This document shows positions 1 through 13,063 of a DNA stretch of 64,000 nucleotides, in pieces. Where the stretch lies: positions 17,346,885 to 17,410,884 of the forward strand of contig NC_057748.1 of assembly GCF_004010195.1 (NCBI RefSeq). Direction: 5' to 3'. The position numbers and the translations under genes are program-made. The first letter of the stretch is position 1; each line of letters opens with the position of its first letter. The notes below the pieces were generated by a model that was not told the DNA's origin, did not search any database, and saw only the letters and a list, made by a program, of their open reading frames with translations. This DNA is from Chiloscyllium plagiosum. Its lineage: Eukaryota.

Positions 1-1098
1 TCCTGATGGACTCGGCAAATGGCTGTATGCAGCACACAAACAAGGCAGGAGTGAGGGGGCAGCCCTGCCTGACTCCAGATCTGACTGGGAAGCTATCTGA
101 TTCCCACCCGTTGATTGAGACTGCACTGACAATGTTGGTGTAGTGCAGTCTGATCCAATTGCAGATTCCCTCCCCAAAGCCCATTTTGGAGAGAACATCT
201 CTCATATACGTGTGTGATATCCTGTCAAAGGCTTTCTCCTGGTCCAGGCTGATCAGGCAGGTGTCCAACCCTCTGTCCTGCACGTAGGCGATCGTATCCC
301 CGAGGAGTGCGAGACTCTCAGCGGTACAGCACGGGTTTGGTCAGGGTGGATCATCGATCCTAGCAGACCTGACCCGGTTGGCGATGACCTTTGACAAGAT
401 TTTGTAGTCTGTGTTTAACAGTGAGATTGGTCTCCAATTTTTGAGTTCCTCCCTCTCCCCCTTCTGCTTGTAGATGAGGGTGATGATGCCTTTCCTCATG
501 GATTCATTCATGGTACCTGCCCGAAGCATACTGACATACACCTCCAGCAGGTCCTGGCCAATCAAGTCCCGCAGAGCGGAATAGAGCTCGACCGGTAAGC
601 TGTCGCTTCCGGGAGTTTTATTCTTTTTGAAGGACTCGAGGGCCTTGGTCAGCTTGTCCAGAGATAGCGGCTGGTCCAGCCTCTCCCGTGTTCTGTCGTC
701 TAAGACCTCCGTGATAGAGGACAGGAACGACTGGGAGGCCGCGCTGTCGGTCGGCTTCGCGTCATACAGACTGGCGTAGAAGGATTTACTGATCCTCATG
801 ATGTCAGCCTGAGATGACGTTATCGAGCCATCTTCATCCTTCAGGCTGCTGAGCACAGAGCTCTCTTTGTGCACCTTCTGAAAGAAGAAATGTGAGCACG
901 TTTCATCCTGCTCCACCGAGCGGACCCTGGATCGGAAGATTATCTTGGAGGCCTCCGAGGCAAAGAGCGAGGCTTGTTGGCCCTTCACCTCCTTGAGGTC
1001 CTCCGTGACACCGACCCCCATCGTCTGCAGCAGGAGCAGGTTCTGCATACTTTCCTGGAGCTGGGACAGTTTTCCCTGCCTCTCTCTCGCCTCCTGTC
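1..1098 (-). mobile_element. L1/Tx1-clade LINE ORF2 fragment (linker + reverse transcriptase), frame-disrupted, runs off the window start
   Basis: ORF 341..1048 has SRVRSVEQDETCSHFFF, KTPGSDSLPVELY and KNWRPISLLNTDYKILSKVIANRV. The minus strand of 1-260 reads LDQEKAFDRISH...SGVRQGCPLTPALF (non-LTR RT motifs). Confidence 0.85.
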
Positions 1099-1779
1099 AC
1101 TGGCGATGATATGTAATTGCATTTGTAGCCATCAGATGGAGGTATGGTGCCAGTTTCTCAAGTCTATTCCATTGTTGGTTTGGTGCACAGCACATTTTGG
1201 TCACTAATTGCATGAAACGCCGTGATTAATTCATGTTTATTAGTAAAAATAACCATCATTTTCTAATATGGTTGCTTCAGATCTAGGGGAACAGGGCAGA
1301 AAAGTTAACTTGAGGTCAAAGACCAGCTAGGGTCACCATTGGATCAAACTGGATAGGCTACAGTGCAGAGCCTGAGGGCCTTTGTGGCACTGTGGTAGTG
1401 CCCCTGCCTCTGAGCCGGGAGGTATGGATTCCGTAAGAAATAGCAACAGGAAGCAGGCTGTTCGGCCATTCAATAGGATCATGGCTGATCCCATAATCCT
1501 AACAAAGAAAAACAAGGGATGCTGGAAATCAGGAGCTAAAACGGAAATTGTTGGAGAAACTCAGCAGGTCAGGCAGCACCTGTGGAGAGAGAAGCAGAGT
1601 TGATGGTTCATCAGAACAAGTGTTCCCAAACAGGTTTTGTCAAATTCAGGGCCTGATAAAATTACCTCTGTTTCTCTCTCCACAGATGCAGCCAGCGCTG
1701 CTGAGCTTCTCCAGCACTTTCTGGTTTTATTTCACATTCCCAGCAGCCACACTTCCTGCTTTTAGTGAAGGGCGGGACC

Positions 1780-2440
1780 AGAGCGCAGGGGCGGGGCTAG
1801 AGGCTCGGGGCGGGGCTCGAGACGCGGTGGGCGGGGCTAGAGAACGGGCCTGGCCACGGTTCCCGGAGCGGGGAGAGCGGCGCAGGGCGGGGCTAGAAAT
1901 CGGGGCGGGGCTAAAGGTACTGGGACGGGGCTCGAGACACAGGAGCGGGGCTGGAGACACTGGGGCGGAGCTTCAGGCACTGGGCGGAGCTACAGGCACT
2001 GGGGCGGAGCTTCAGGTATTGGGGCGGAGCTACAGGCACTGGGGCGGAGCTGGAGACACTGGGGTGGAGCTACAGGCACTGGGGCGGAGCTGGAACCACT
2101 GGGGCGGAGCTGGAGACACTAAGGCGGATCAAGAGATACTGGAGCGGAGCGGGGCTCGTGGCACATGGGCGGGGCTGGGGAATGTGGGACGGGAGCAGAG
2201 ATACTGGAGCGAGCCCCTGGTTAATGGGGCGGTACTCGAGACACAGGGGCGGGGCTAGAAACACGGAGGTGTGGCTAAAGACTTAGAGGTGGGAATTGGG
2301 CTTGACAGGCGAAAATATTGGGTTGAGCACGTGGCTGCATAATAAAGGGGCGGGGCAGAGATGTCAGATTTGGCACGCGGCTCGGAGCCGATGGGCGGAG
2401 CTATGGTTTGGAAGGCGGGGTTAGAGATTTGGAGGCGGGA
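1780..2440 (+). repeat. GC-rich minisatellite, ~20-bp unit (GAGCTACAGGCACTGGGGCG / GAGCTGGAGACACTGGGGCG), rich in GGGGCGG boxes
   Basis: About 8-9 regular 20-bp units at ~1950-2125, with degenerate GGGGCGGGGCT copies on both sides. Confidence 0.85.
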
Positions 2441-2509
2441 CTGAATGTCAAAGAGGGATACATCCTTCAGATTCCTTGGGACCCCCCAAAACCCTCCACG
2501 GAGCTTTGA

Positions 2510-3105
2510 CGCATATTCATTATCCTCCCCTGACCTCAAACGCGGGGATGAGGCCGAACGGTCCATCCTCAGGAAAGGGCTCACGTTCATGCCCCTGAGC
2601 TCCCACCTCAACAAATTCCACACCCGCCACAACGTGGAGCTCCTCTTCTGCCACCTCTGCCCTTGTGTCTTCTTCTTTGACAAATCTCCCTCTGAGGACC
2701 CTTTCTCCCACCTCCAACCTTCCTCCTCCACTTGGTCATCCCCTGCCGGCCTCATGCCCACCCTAGACCTCTTCATTGCTGACTGCCGAAGTGACATTGG
2801 CCACCTCAATTTCTCCACCATCCTCACCCACTCCAACCTCACCCCCTCCAAACGTGCAGCGCTCCACTCTCTCCACACCAATCCCCGTTTCACCGTCAAA
2901 CCTGCTGACAAAGGCTTTATCGCAGACGCTGAACGCCAACTCTCTGGCACCACATCCTCCCTCCCCCTTGACTTCACCGCGACCCATCAGGCTAAAATCA
3001 CTCAGATTGTCTGTGCCCTCATTGCCTCCGGTGGTCTCCTCGCACTGCCTGGTTCTACATGCTCCCCAGGATCCACAAGCCCAACTACCCAGACCGACCC
3101 ATTTT
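2510..3105 (+). mobile_element. Penelope-like retroelement fragment (region N-terminal to RT)
   Basis: ORF 2445..3167: LRKGLTFMP...SNLTPSKRAALHSL...TVKPADKG, the motif pattern of vertebrate Penelope-like ORFs; internally deleted. Confidence 0.75.
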
Positions 3106-3239
3106 CCCGAGATAACTTAAGGTTTTATAAAAACAAGGGTGTCATCTCAGCTCAGAGAGTGCATTAAAGGTGTGAGGTTAAGAGTTTGTCTGTGTTCCAA
3201 AGATGAAAGACATAACAGCAATCGAGGTTTGTTCAATGT

Positions 3240-3550
3240 CTTTTCCCGGGGTGAGGGAGTCCAGAACTAGAGAGCATAGGTTTAGGGTGAGTGGGGAAAG
3301 ATTTAAAACGGACCTGAGGGGCATTTTTTTCGTACAGAGGGCTGTGCGTGTATGAAATGAGCTGCCTGAGAAAGTAGTGGAGGCTGGTACAATTACAACA
3401 GTTATAAGGCATCTGGATGGGTAAATGAATAGGAAGGTTTTAGAGGGATGTGGGCCATGCGCTGGCAAATGGGACTAGGTTAGGTTAGGTCCTAACTGGT
3501 CAGCATGGACGGGTTGGACCGAAGGGTCTGATTCCATGCTGTGCATCTCT
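3240..3550 (+). mobile_element. CR1/HER1-type LINE 3' fragment
   Basis: Encodes FPGVRESRTREHRFRV-type CR1 C-terminus plus the 3' tail (gggttggaccgaagggtctg) shared with other copies in the window. Confidence 0.8.
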
Positions 3551-3719
3551 TTAATCCAAATAGCATCAGTGTAGTTAACTGTGATTTTTTGCTATAAATA
3601 TGATCCTATTCCATTAGTTACTGGTGAAGGAGCAGCACTGAGAAAGCTAGTGCTTCCTAATCAACCTGTTGGACTATAACCTGATGTGTGATTTTTAACA
3701 CTGTCAGTAATGTTGGTGG

Positions 3720-4220
3720 TGGGCGGGGTCTCTGGAACGTGCATGTTTTGGGGGCGGGTCTGAGGGGAAGGGGGTGTCACTGCGAGTGACGTTCTAGTAG
3801 GGGCGAGGTCTGCTGGCCTGAGGTTCTGGGGGTGGAGCTGTCAACCGAGGGGGCGGGGCGGAGCGGGACGGTTTGTGACGACGCTGAGGGGGGGGGCGGC
3901 GCGGTCTGAGGGGTGGTGAGAATTGCCTCATTTGGGGGGACCCCTCTGAGGCGGGCGGTTGGGTGTCGGTGCGCGCGCGGTAAGCGGCCGTCGAGAGCCC
4001 GGTACCGAAGAACAGGAAAGAAACACGTTGCTGACATGGACACGCCACCACATCCCGTCAAACTTTACGTCTACGACCTTTCCCGGGGGCTGGCCCGACA
4101 GTTTAGCCCGATCATGCTCGGTGAGCTGAGTAAAATGGTTGCCGGGGAGATGAGGGTGGCAAGGCGGGCAGCAGCGGCAACTCGAGGTCGGGGATCGGGT
4201 AACCTTTACTAGGCCGCAAC
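3720..4220 (+). promoter_or_regulatory. DESI1: CpG island / promoter and 5'UTR of DESI1
   Basis: Sharp rise in GC and CpG content with several GGGCGG boxes around the DESI1 ATG at 4036. Confidence 0.75.
4036..4120 (+). CDS. DESI1: Desumoylating isopeptidase 1, coding exon 1 (MDTPPHPVKLYVYDLSRGLARQFSPIML-G)
   Basis: Matches the PPPDE-family N-terminus VKLYVYDLS; GT donor (G/gtgagc) at 4121; 85 nt, phase 1. Confidence 0.95.
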
Positions 4221-5535
4221 TTTTTTCCAAGACTGTGAAATGTTCCACCTTATTTTATTAAATATTCATACCGACTGCAAAGTTAAGCCTTGCATTACTG
4301 AGGGAGTTTTGTAGGAGGCGATGGATAAGTTGGTGAAATGGATTTAAATTTGATGTTGTAACTTGTTTTCAAATCATGTTGTCATGATTTTGAATTGAAA
4401 CTAATAATTCTTGCATGGCAATATTAATGTCTTTGGTACCTTTTGAAAATTCACTTATCCCATTTCTGGTGTTTAATTTTGTCTTTTCTGAATTCCTGCT
4501 CGACTTCCAGCACTTTTTACCTCTTTGAAAGTCAAGGTTATCCAGCAACTTTGGTTTGGCCTCCAGCTGCTAGTAGTTTTCCTGAAAGGCTGAATTTTGA
4601 AATGGTTTTATCTGAAGAGGGTAACAGAAGAGCCAGTGCCTTGATGAAGACTCTTGGTTTGAACTGTTTTGCTTAATTCTGGAAGTTTCTGGCTTGTATA
4701 GGTGCACTTTAGGGACCAGAAACAAATCTTTGGCCTACTTTTCTATCTTAATAAAATCACACACAAGGGAACAAAATCCTCCTGTGCCTGACCCAAAAAT
4801 CCAGTTTTCTGTTATGTTATGAGCAGAACTGGAACACAAGCTTGGAGATGGCCTTTGAGGCACCACTCCAGAGATTCAAGGGTGGAAGGTGACTTGTGTG
4901 ACCAATTTACAATTTCCTTGCCTGAGTGTTTGCAGCTGACTTGTGTATACAATATAGACATTGTGTTCAGTAACAATACATGACAAGAGGAACAGCTGTT
5001 TGTCCTAACTGATATTCCGCTCTTGACCATGGCAGTCCAAAGCTGTTTGTCTTTTTTCTTATTTCTGGATTGAGATGATGCTCTCTTTGTCCTTGCTGTT
5101 GACTACAATCTCTGTAGTTATCTGTAAATTGCTTTCAGCTGTTTGAGAGCTGAATCAGACTATTCTGCCCACCATGCCTGTGCCAGCTCTTGTTAAAAAA
5201 AAGTTCCTAAAATCCCACTTTACATCTTTTGAACTAGTCTTGAAAACGCTAGTGGATTGTGTTTTCATCCCTCACTGGTACAAGCACTTCCACATGAGAA
5301 GAGTGGCTCCTGTGGGAGGGTTGGATCTCTTCTGAAGCTGATGCTTTACAAATAAATTGAAATGAGATTGATTTTTGTTAACCATGGGAAAAATTGTGTT
5401 GATGTAGAAGCTTCGTCATTATCTTGTTGAATGCTGTGCAGCCCCTGAAGCTGAAGGCCTGCTCTTCCTACTCCCATGTTCCTCTCTGAGGAAAACGCAA
5501 GTACATGTGGGTTGCAGATCATCCATTACTTCCTT

Positions 5536-5698
5536 GATTAAAAATCACACAACACCAGGTTATAGTCCAATAGATTTAATTGGAAGCACACTAGCTTTCG
5601 GAGCAACGCTTCCAATTAAACCTGTTGGATTATAACCTGGTGTTGTGTGATTTTTAACTTTGTACACCCCAGTCCAACACCGGCACCTCCAATTCATG
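5536..5698. mobile_element. Short palindromic Penelope-related insertion (family B), 11-bp TSD ATTACTTCCTT
   Basis: Inverted arms taaaaatcacacaacaccaggttatagtccaa / ttggattataacctggtgttgtgtgattttta; TSD at 5525-5535 and 5699-5709; relatives at ~3620-3700, ~25795-26295 and 59005-59163. Confidence 0.7.
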
Positions 5699-6589
5699 AT
5701 TACTTCCTTCAAAGTCAGTGTAACAGATTCAAGGGACTGAATTGGATTTTCCATTGCACTGTTTTTTGAAAAAAAATCTGAATTCTATTCTTGCATTTTG
5801 CTGGTGATCTGACATTTAGGCCTACAAATTGCTGACTCATTATCCCACAGCCTTTGAACTTTTTCGATTTTCTGTCTTCAGAAGATCCTGACTAGTCATA
5901 ATGATTGTGAAGGGCCATTGGCCAAATGCATTCTGAGCACTGACACGAGCAAAGTTTGGTTTATTTTCCTTGATCAGTGCTTGCATTTGGTCTCGAAAAG
6001 AGAGCATTCGTATTAAGAGGTTGTAAATTCAATGCCGTGAAGTTCTAATCTCCAAGTTCAATCTTTCCAAATCTGTCACAGATCTGAATTCAGAACCCCA
6101 GATTAATGTTTGATGAGCATGGGGTTAAATACACCATGATAGATGGTGAAATTCGAATTCAGTGAAAAACTCACCTAACGGTGACCATCTGACACTATCA
6201 AATATCAAAGAAAATCCATCTGTTTCACTCGTGACCTTTACAGAAGGAAACCTGCTATCTTTAATTAGTCTGGCTGACACATGATTCCATATCAATAGTG
6301 ATTTGTTTGACTCTCCACCATCCTCTGGCCAATTAGAATGGGTAATACAACCAGTGGCATTCAAAAAAAGTCATTGTGGGCAAGTCAATTTAAATGACAA
6401 ATAGCAACAGGAAGGTTTTGTCATATCTCCCTTGTTATTGTTTGTAGTATTCTGTCTTCCTTGCATTCTCATTTTTCCAGATGAGATGGGGAAGTAGGCA
6501 GATAAGTGTTGTCATTCCAACCAGGACGTCCATTGCCAAAACTTGACAGTAACTCAGCAATTTCAGTCGCAAGGTGTATTTACATCATA

Positions 6590-6896
6590 TTCCTACAGTG
6601 TGGAAGCAGGCCATTTGGCCTATTAAGTCCAACTAACCCTCCAAAGAGCATCCCACTCTATCCCTGTAAGCTTGTATCTCCCGTGGCTAACCCACCTAGC
6701 CTGTACATCCCTGGACACAATGGACAACTTGGCATGGTCAATCCACCTAACCTGCACGTCTTTGGACTGTGGGAGGAAACCCACGCAGACACGGGGAGAA
6801 TGTGCAAACTCCACACACAGTTACCTGAGGGTGGAATTGAACCTGGGTCCCTGGCGCTGTGAGGCAGCAGTGCTAACCACTGTGCCACTGTGCTGC
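6590..6896 (-). mobile_element. HE1/V-SINE-type tRNA-derived SINE
   Basis: Reverse complement has the tRNA-like head (gtggttagcactgctgcctcacag...gggttcaattcc), central gtgtggagtttgcacattctccccgtgtctgcgtggg and a LINE-derived tail. Confidence 0.85.
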
Positions 6897-8543
6897 ACAC
6901 CAATGGAGAGCATTCCAGAGCTGAGGGCCACGCAGGAATGGTGGAGCGATTAAATAAGTGGCACACAAGAACAAGGATTAGAGTAAATATCCTTGGCACT
7001 CTGGAGCTGGTGAAATTAGTCAGAAGGGTGTGGACATGGAGGTATTGAAAATAATTTTAAAATCTAAACATTATTTGACGTGGAAGTGGTTGAAGAGTGA
7101 GCACAAGTGTTGAGAGATTTGGTGTGAATTTGGGTACAGGAACAGCATGAGCTTGAGTCGAGAGTGTAGTTGAGTGGCTGGCAAGGGGGCAATGGAATAC
7201 TGCAGTCGAGTTGAAAGAACCAAACAGGTGAGGATTTCAGTAGCAGATTAGCTGAAGCTCGGACAAGATGGAAATAGACAGTAAGAGCCACTTTTATGGA
7301 AGCTCATCTCAAACAATCCGATGTAATGGTTACAGGCTATCTGAATCTAGACAAGTGTCCTGAACGGATAAGGATGTTAGAGAAGCTGTGCATTTCAAGA
7401 TAGCAGAAGTTACATTTTTCTGACTTTGCTACCTTTACAGTAACCAACCTGGGGTGCATCAGCCACCTAAATGTCACCTATTTGTATTTCTTGAATTGCA
7501 TTGCTTGTCTGTTACTGAAACCTTTGTTAGCTCATACTCCACTATTGCAGTGCACTCTTCCTGGTCTCCCACATTCTAATCTCTGTAAACGTGATGTCAT
7601 CCAAAGCTCTGCCTGTCATTAACTCTCAGAAAATCCTACTCCTCTATCGTCTCTTTCTGCTCACTGGTCAAAATTGGCACCCAGTCTTAATTTTAAAATG
7701 AGCATCCCTGATTTCAAGACCCACCTGCCTCATAACTCACCTGACCTAATTCTGTAATTTAGTCCAGCCTCATATCTGTTTTCCTGATTCTAGATTCTTG
7801 TGCATTTTCAGTCAAAAATGCATTAACATTGGTGGCCATGACTTGAGTTACTCTGGTTCCATGCTTTACAATTCCCTTCATGTGTGTACAACATAAATAG
7901 GAGCAGGAGTGGTCATTTGGCCCCTCAAGCCTCGGAGGCCATTCAATGTACAACTGAGGGCGAATCTGCCCAGGCCTCAACTTCTATTCTTTGCTTCTGC
8001 CTATTCCTATTCTGCTTCCTATCTGGAAGCCAGTTCTCTATCTATGCCTGGCCCCAATTCCATGCACTTTAATTTTATATTCTGATCTCTTCTGTGGGAC
8101 CTTAGCTGAACGCTTTCTGAAAATCCAAGTAAACCGCATCCAATGCCCCTATCCCCCAACACCATCATCAACTCTACTAATTATAACCAAGAAAAATTCT
8201 AGTAGATTTGTTGAGCCTGGTTTTCCTTTTGTGGATCCATGTTCACAGTGATCTTGTTACTGTTTTCCAAGTGCTATGCTATTAAATATTTTATAATGGA
8301 CTTCAGTATTTTCCCACAACCGATGTTAGATTGACCATTAACAAGAACCATCCTGGGTCTGTTTGTGTTTCTCTTTATATCCAGAAGTGCTCTTGCAACA
8401 TCTGAATGTTGGTTTTCACTCCCCGCTCCCCATGTCAAGTCACTATGTAGCCAAGTGGATATTTGCATGTAAAGCCCATTAAGAGCAATGCAAACCATCA
8501 AAAGTGAGGTAGGGGGAGCGGCAAGTGGCTAACCAGGTCTGTT

Positions 8544-8861
8544 TTAGATTAGATTGCTTACAGTGTGGAAACAGGCCTTTCGGCCCAGCAAGTCCACACC
8601 AACCCGCCAAAGCGCAACTCACCCACACCCATTCCCCTATATTTACCCCTTCACCTAACACTACGGGCAATTTAGCATAGCCAATTCACCTAACCCGCAC
8701 GTTTTTGGACTGTGGGAGGAAACCGGAGCACCCGGAGGAAACCCATGCAGACACGGGGAGAATGTGCAAACTCCACACAGTCAGTCACCTGAGGCGGAAT
8801 TGAACCCAGGTCTCTGGTGCTGTGAGGCAGCAGTGCTAACCACTGTGCCACCATGCCGCCC
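8544..8861 (-). mobile_element. HE1/V-SINE-type SINE, full length
   Basis: Same consensus as other copies, with (AATCT)n tail. Confidence 0.88.
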
Positions 8862-9086
8862 ACTGCCACACAACTGAACGGCTTTCCCACCACTAAATCA
8901 CTGTGACTTTTTCTTTACCAATGCCACCAGTAAATCGCCCATGTTGCTGATTAGAAATTTACATGCAGCCTCCATTATGGGCAATGCAGACACAAGTATA
9001 TTGGGGGTGGGGTGGAGGGGATGGAGATGGAGGAGGAGGTGGAGGGTGGAAAAGTGTTAGGTATTTTTCCTGAAGTTTCACACACG

Positions 9087-9342
9087 TGATGCAATTCACT
9101 CTCTCACCAACTTCTGCAAACAGTTAGTTTATTAAAGCGTGTACCAGCTAGGTGACCCCCTTTGACCCTCTTTGCAGGTATGCCGAGTCGAGTCAGTGAG
9201 GCCCGAAACAAGGAAAACACATCCCCTTTATGCAGGTCAGTTGGCCATGCTTACAGATGCTCTGGCCGCTCCTTCATAGTCACATGCCACTCAAGACAAC
9301 CCCCCATTCACTCCCTCACAGTCACATGTTACCCCAGGTACA
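9087..9342 (-). mobile_element. Probable solo LTR
   Basis: Minus strand begins TGTA, ends CA, and has AATAAA ~40 nt from the end. Flanks ACACG / ATGCG fit a CpG-decayed 5-bp TSD ACGCG. Confidence 0.45.
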
Positions 9343-10377
9343 ATGCGAGGATGATATCAAGATAATATAAATGCCCTAATCTTGGGGAATCGCTGTGCAG
9401 ACTCTTTCCTGACTCAGCGATTTCCCCAAGACAATGTAGGTGTGAGGTGTCCTAGCTTCGGGGGATAGCTAGAAAGCATTTCTGAATGGAAGAGATTGAA
9501 TGAGAGTTTAATTTGGTAATAGTAGGAGGTTAGTAGTAAATGACTCTCATTGGAGTGGGGGTCATCTGCATTCCTGCTTGACTGTCATCGCCACCCACTT
9601 CCAGAATGTTCACTCAGTGCAGTTTAACTCTTTAATATTAATGTCCAGAGAGAGATTCTCATTAATCTTTTAACATTACAGAAGAGGGCAAAGTCAAAAT
9701 GGTTTCAGTGGGCTGAGTCTGTTTTGTATTAGTGGTGCTGGAAGAGCACAGCAGTTCAGGCAGCATCCAAGGAGCTTGTTTTCAAATCGACCTGTTCAGA
9801 AATGTTATAACATATTTCTGGGGCAGGTGAGGCGTTAACGCAGGCATTCTGACCCTGAGGTAGCGACACCACTGGTTTTGCTTTTATTTCTTTTTAATTA
9901 AACTGTTCCAGAGCTATCACATACCTCTGGAACAGAATGGGATTTGATCCTGGGCCTCTTGGCCCAAAGGTAGGGACACAACCATTGTGCCATAAGAGCC
10001 CGAGCTGGGTCTACTTTATTTATTTTATTTTGTACATCACGCTGCTCAGATATTATTACATATATGAAGAAGTTGGGGTCTTCAACTTGGGCTGCCTTGT
10101 TCAGGGATGACCACTGCACTTCGAGTGGATCTACTTGTATTTCTAATCAACTTGGTCAGGATGTGATTACATGCCTCTCAAACAGGTGGAGTTTGAACTG
10201 GAGCCTATGGGTCTAGTGGTAGTCCCTTTAATTGAAATTGTATTAACTAATCACAGGTCCTTCTTCTCTGGACTTCTGCATCTTTGCCTTTGAACTATAA
10301 ATTTCAAAATAAAGGTATGACAAATTACAATTGATTTTAAAACTCTCAAAAATATTCAGAGTCAGCTCTTTCTTCTT

Positions 10378-12783
10378 AGAGTCATAGAGATGTACAGCAT
10401 GGAAACAGACCCTTCGGTCCAACCCGTCCATGCTGACCAGATATCCCAACCCAATCTAGTCCCACCTGCCAGCACCTGGCCCATATCCCTCCAAACCCTT
10501 CCTATTCATATACCCATCCAAATGCCTCTTAAATGCTGTAATTGTACCAGCCNNNNNNNNNNNNNNNNNNNNNNNNNNNNNNNNNNNNNNNNNNNNNNNN
10601 NNNNNNNNNNNNNNNNNNNNNNNNNNNNNNNNNNNNNNNNNNNNNNNNNNNNNNNNNNNNNNNNNNNNNNNNNNNNNNNNNNNNNNNNNNNNNNNNNNNN
10701 NNNNNNNNNNNNNNNNNNNNNNNNNNNNNNNNNNNNNNNNNNNNNNNNNNNNNNNNNNNNNNNNNNNNNNNNNNNNNNNNNNNNNNNNNNNNNNNNNNNN
10801 NNNNNNNNNNNNNNNNNNNNNNNNNNNNNNNNNNNNNNNNNNNNNNNNNNNNNNNNNNNNNNNNNNNNNNNNNNNNNNNNNNNNNNNNNNNNNNNNNNNN
10901 NNNNNNNNNNNNNNNNNNNNNNNNNNNNNNNNNNNNNNNNNNNNNNNNNNNNNNNNNNNNNNNNNNNNNNNNNNNNNNNNNNNNNNNNNNNNNNNNNNNN
11001 NNNNNNNNNNNNNNNNNNNNNNNNNNNNNNNNNNNNNNNNNNNNNNNNNNNNNNNNNNNNNNNNNNNNNNNNNNNNNNNNNNNNNNNNNNNNNNNNNNNN
11101 NNNNNNNNNNNNNNNNNNNNNNNNNNNNNNNNNNNNNNNNNNNNNNNNNNNNNNNNNNNNNNNNNNNNNNNNNNNNNNNNNNNNNNNNNNNNNNNNNNNN
11201 NNNNNNNNNNNNNNNNNNNNNNNNNNNNNNNNNNNNNNNNNNNNNNNNNNNNNNNNNNNNNNNNNNNNNNNNNNNNNNNNNNNNNNNNNNNNNNNNNNNN
11301 NNNNNNNNNNNNNNNNNNNNNNNNNNNNNNNNNNNNNNNNNNNNNNNNNNNNNNNNNNNNNNNNNNNNNNNNNNNNNNNNNNNNNNNNNNNNNNNNNNNN
11401 NNNNNNNNNNNNNNNNNNNNNNNNNNNNNNNNNNNNNNNNNNNNNNNNNNNNNNNNNNNNNNNNNNNNNNNNNNNNNNNNNNNNNNCACCATGTTTGCCA
11501 ACCTCCAGTCTTCCGGCACCTCACCTGTGACTGTTGATGATACAAATATCTCAGCAAGAGGCCCAGCAATCACTTCTCTAGCTTCCCACAGAGCTCTCGG
11601 GTACACCTGATCAGGTTCTGGGGATTTATTCATCTTTAACCGTTTCAAGACATCTAGCAATTCCTCCTCTGTAATCTGGACATTTTGCGAGATATCGCCA
11701 TCTATTTCCCTACAGTCTATATCTTCCATATCCTTTTCCACAGTAAATACTGATGCAAAATATTCATTTAGTATCTCCCCCATTTTCTGTGGCTCCACGC
11801 AAAGGCCGCCTTGCTGATCTTTGAGGGGCCCTATTCTCTCTCTAGTTACCCTTTTGTCCTTAATATATTTGTGAAAACACTTTGGATTCTCCTTAAAGCT
11901 ATCTTATGTCCCCGTTTTGCCCTCCTGATTTCCCTCTTAAGTATACTCCTACTTCCTTTTTACTTTTCTAAGGATTCGCTCGATTTATCCTGTCTATACC
12001 TGACATATGCTTCCTTCTTTTTCTTAACCAAACCCTCAATTTCTTTAGTCATCCAGCATTCCCTATACCTACCAGCCTTCCCTTTCATCCTGACAGGAAT
12101 ATACTTTCTCTGGATTCTTGTTATCTCATTTCTGAAGGCTTCCCATTTTCCAGCCGTCCCTTTACCTACGAGCATCTGTCTCCAATCAACTTTCGAAAGT
12201 TTTTGCCTAACATCGTCAAAATTGGCTTTTCTCCAACTTAGAACTTCAATTTTTAGATCTGGTCTATCCTTTTCCATCACTATTTTAAAACAAATAGGAT
12301 TATGGTTGCTGGCCCCAAAGTGCTCCCCCACTGACACCTCAGTCACCTGCCCTGCCTTACTTCCCAAGAGTAGGTCAAGTTTTGCACCTTCGCTAGTAGG
12401 TACATCCACATACTGAATCAGAAAACTTTCTTGTACACACTTAAGAAATTCCTCTCCATCTAAACCTTTAACACTATGGCAGTCCCAGTCTACGTCTGGA
12501 AAGTTAAAATCCCCTACCATAACCACCCTATTATTCTTACAGATAGCTGAGATCTCCTTACAAGTTTGTTTCTCAATTTCCCTCTGACTATTGGGGGGTC
12601 TATAATACAATCCCAATAAGGTGATCATCCCTTTCTTATTTCTCAGTTCTACCCAAGTAACTTCCCTGGATGTATTTCCGGGAATATCCTCCCTTAGCAC
12701 AGCTGTAATGCTATCCCTTATCAAAAATGCCACTCCCCTCCTCTCTTGCCTCCCTTTCTATCTTTCCTGTAGCACTTGTATCC
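10378..12783 (-). mobile_element. CR1/HER1-type LINE (AP-endonuclease + RT), interrupted by N gap 10553-11486
   Basis: ORF 11960..12733: LGLYYRPPNS, VMVGDFNFP, LDLLL, SNHN (APE domain). ORF ending 11798: LNEYFASVFT, KSPEPDQVYPR, VPEDWRLAN. 3' tail at 10378-10552. Confidence 0.92.
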
Positions 12784-12937
12784 TGTTGTTGGAGTCCGTG
12801 TGCAAGTAGGAGTGAACAGCTGGACCTCTGAGTCAGAAAGATGGAATTATCGAAAAATTAACCATTTTTAGGAAAAAAGCAGACCATTTGATACATTATT
12901 CTCCTCAGCTCTGATACCATTGTCTCTCTTTAATTAT

Positions 12938-13063
12938 TCTTGAAGAAGGGCTTATGCCCGAAACGTCGATTCTCCTGTTCCTTGGATGCTGCCTGACCTG
13001 CTGCGCTTTTCCAGCAACACATTTTCAGCTCTGATCTCCAGCATCTACAGTCCTCACTTTCTC
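12938..13063 (+). mobile_element. Short Penelope-related insertion (family A) with hammerhead-like core, 14-bp TSD CTCTCTTTAATTAT
   Basis: tTGAAGA-AGGGC-TTAT-GCCC-GAAAC-GTC at 12940-12967; TSD at 12924-12937 and 13064-13077. Confidence 0.7.

Noticed and set aside
1100-1780. Possible XRCC6 exon expected from synteny
   Set aside because: No Ku70-like N-terminal peptide recognised on the minus strand.
1950-2125. Regular 20-bp repeats superficially like a CRISPR array
   Set aside because: Head-to-tail units without unique spacers, eukaryotic context and no cas genes; it is a minisatellite.
1548-2258. 236-aa ORF
   Set aside because: Open only because of the GC-rich minisatellite; repetitive Gly/Ala/Arg translation with no domain.
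10390-11798. Long ORFs of 330-430 aa (similarly at 39621-40374, 46558-47352, 59212-59931, 61952-62449)
   Set aside because: Artefacts of translating through N gaps.
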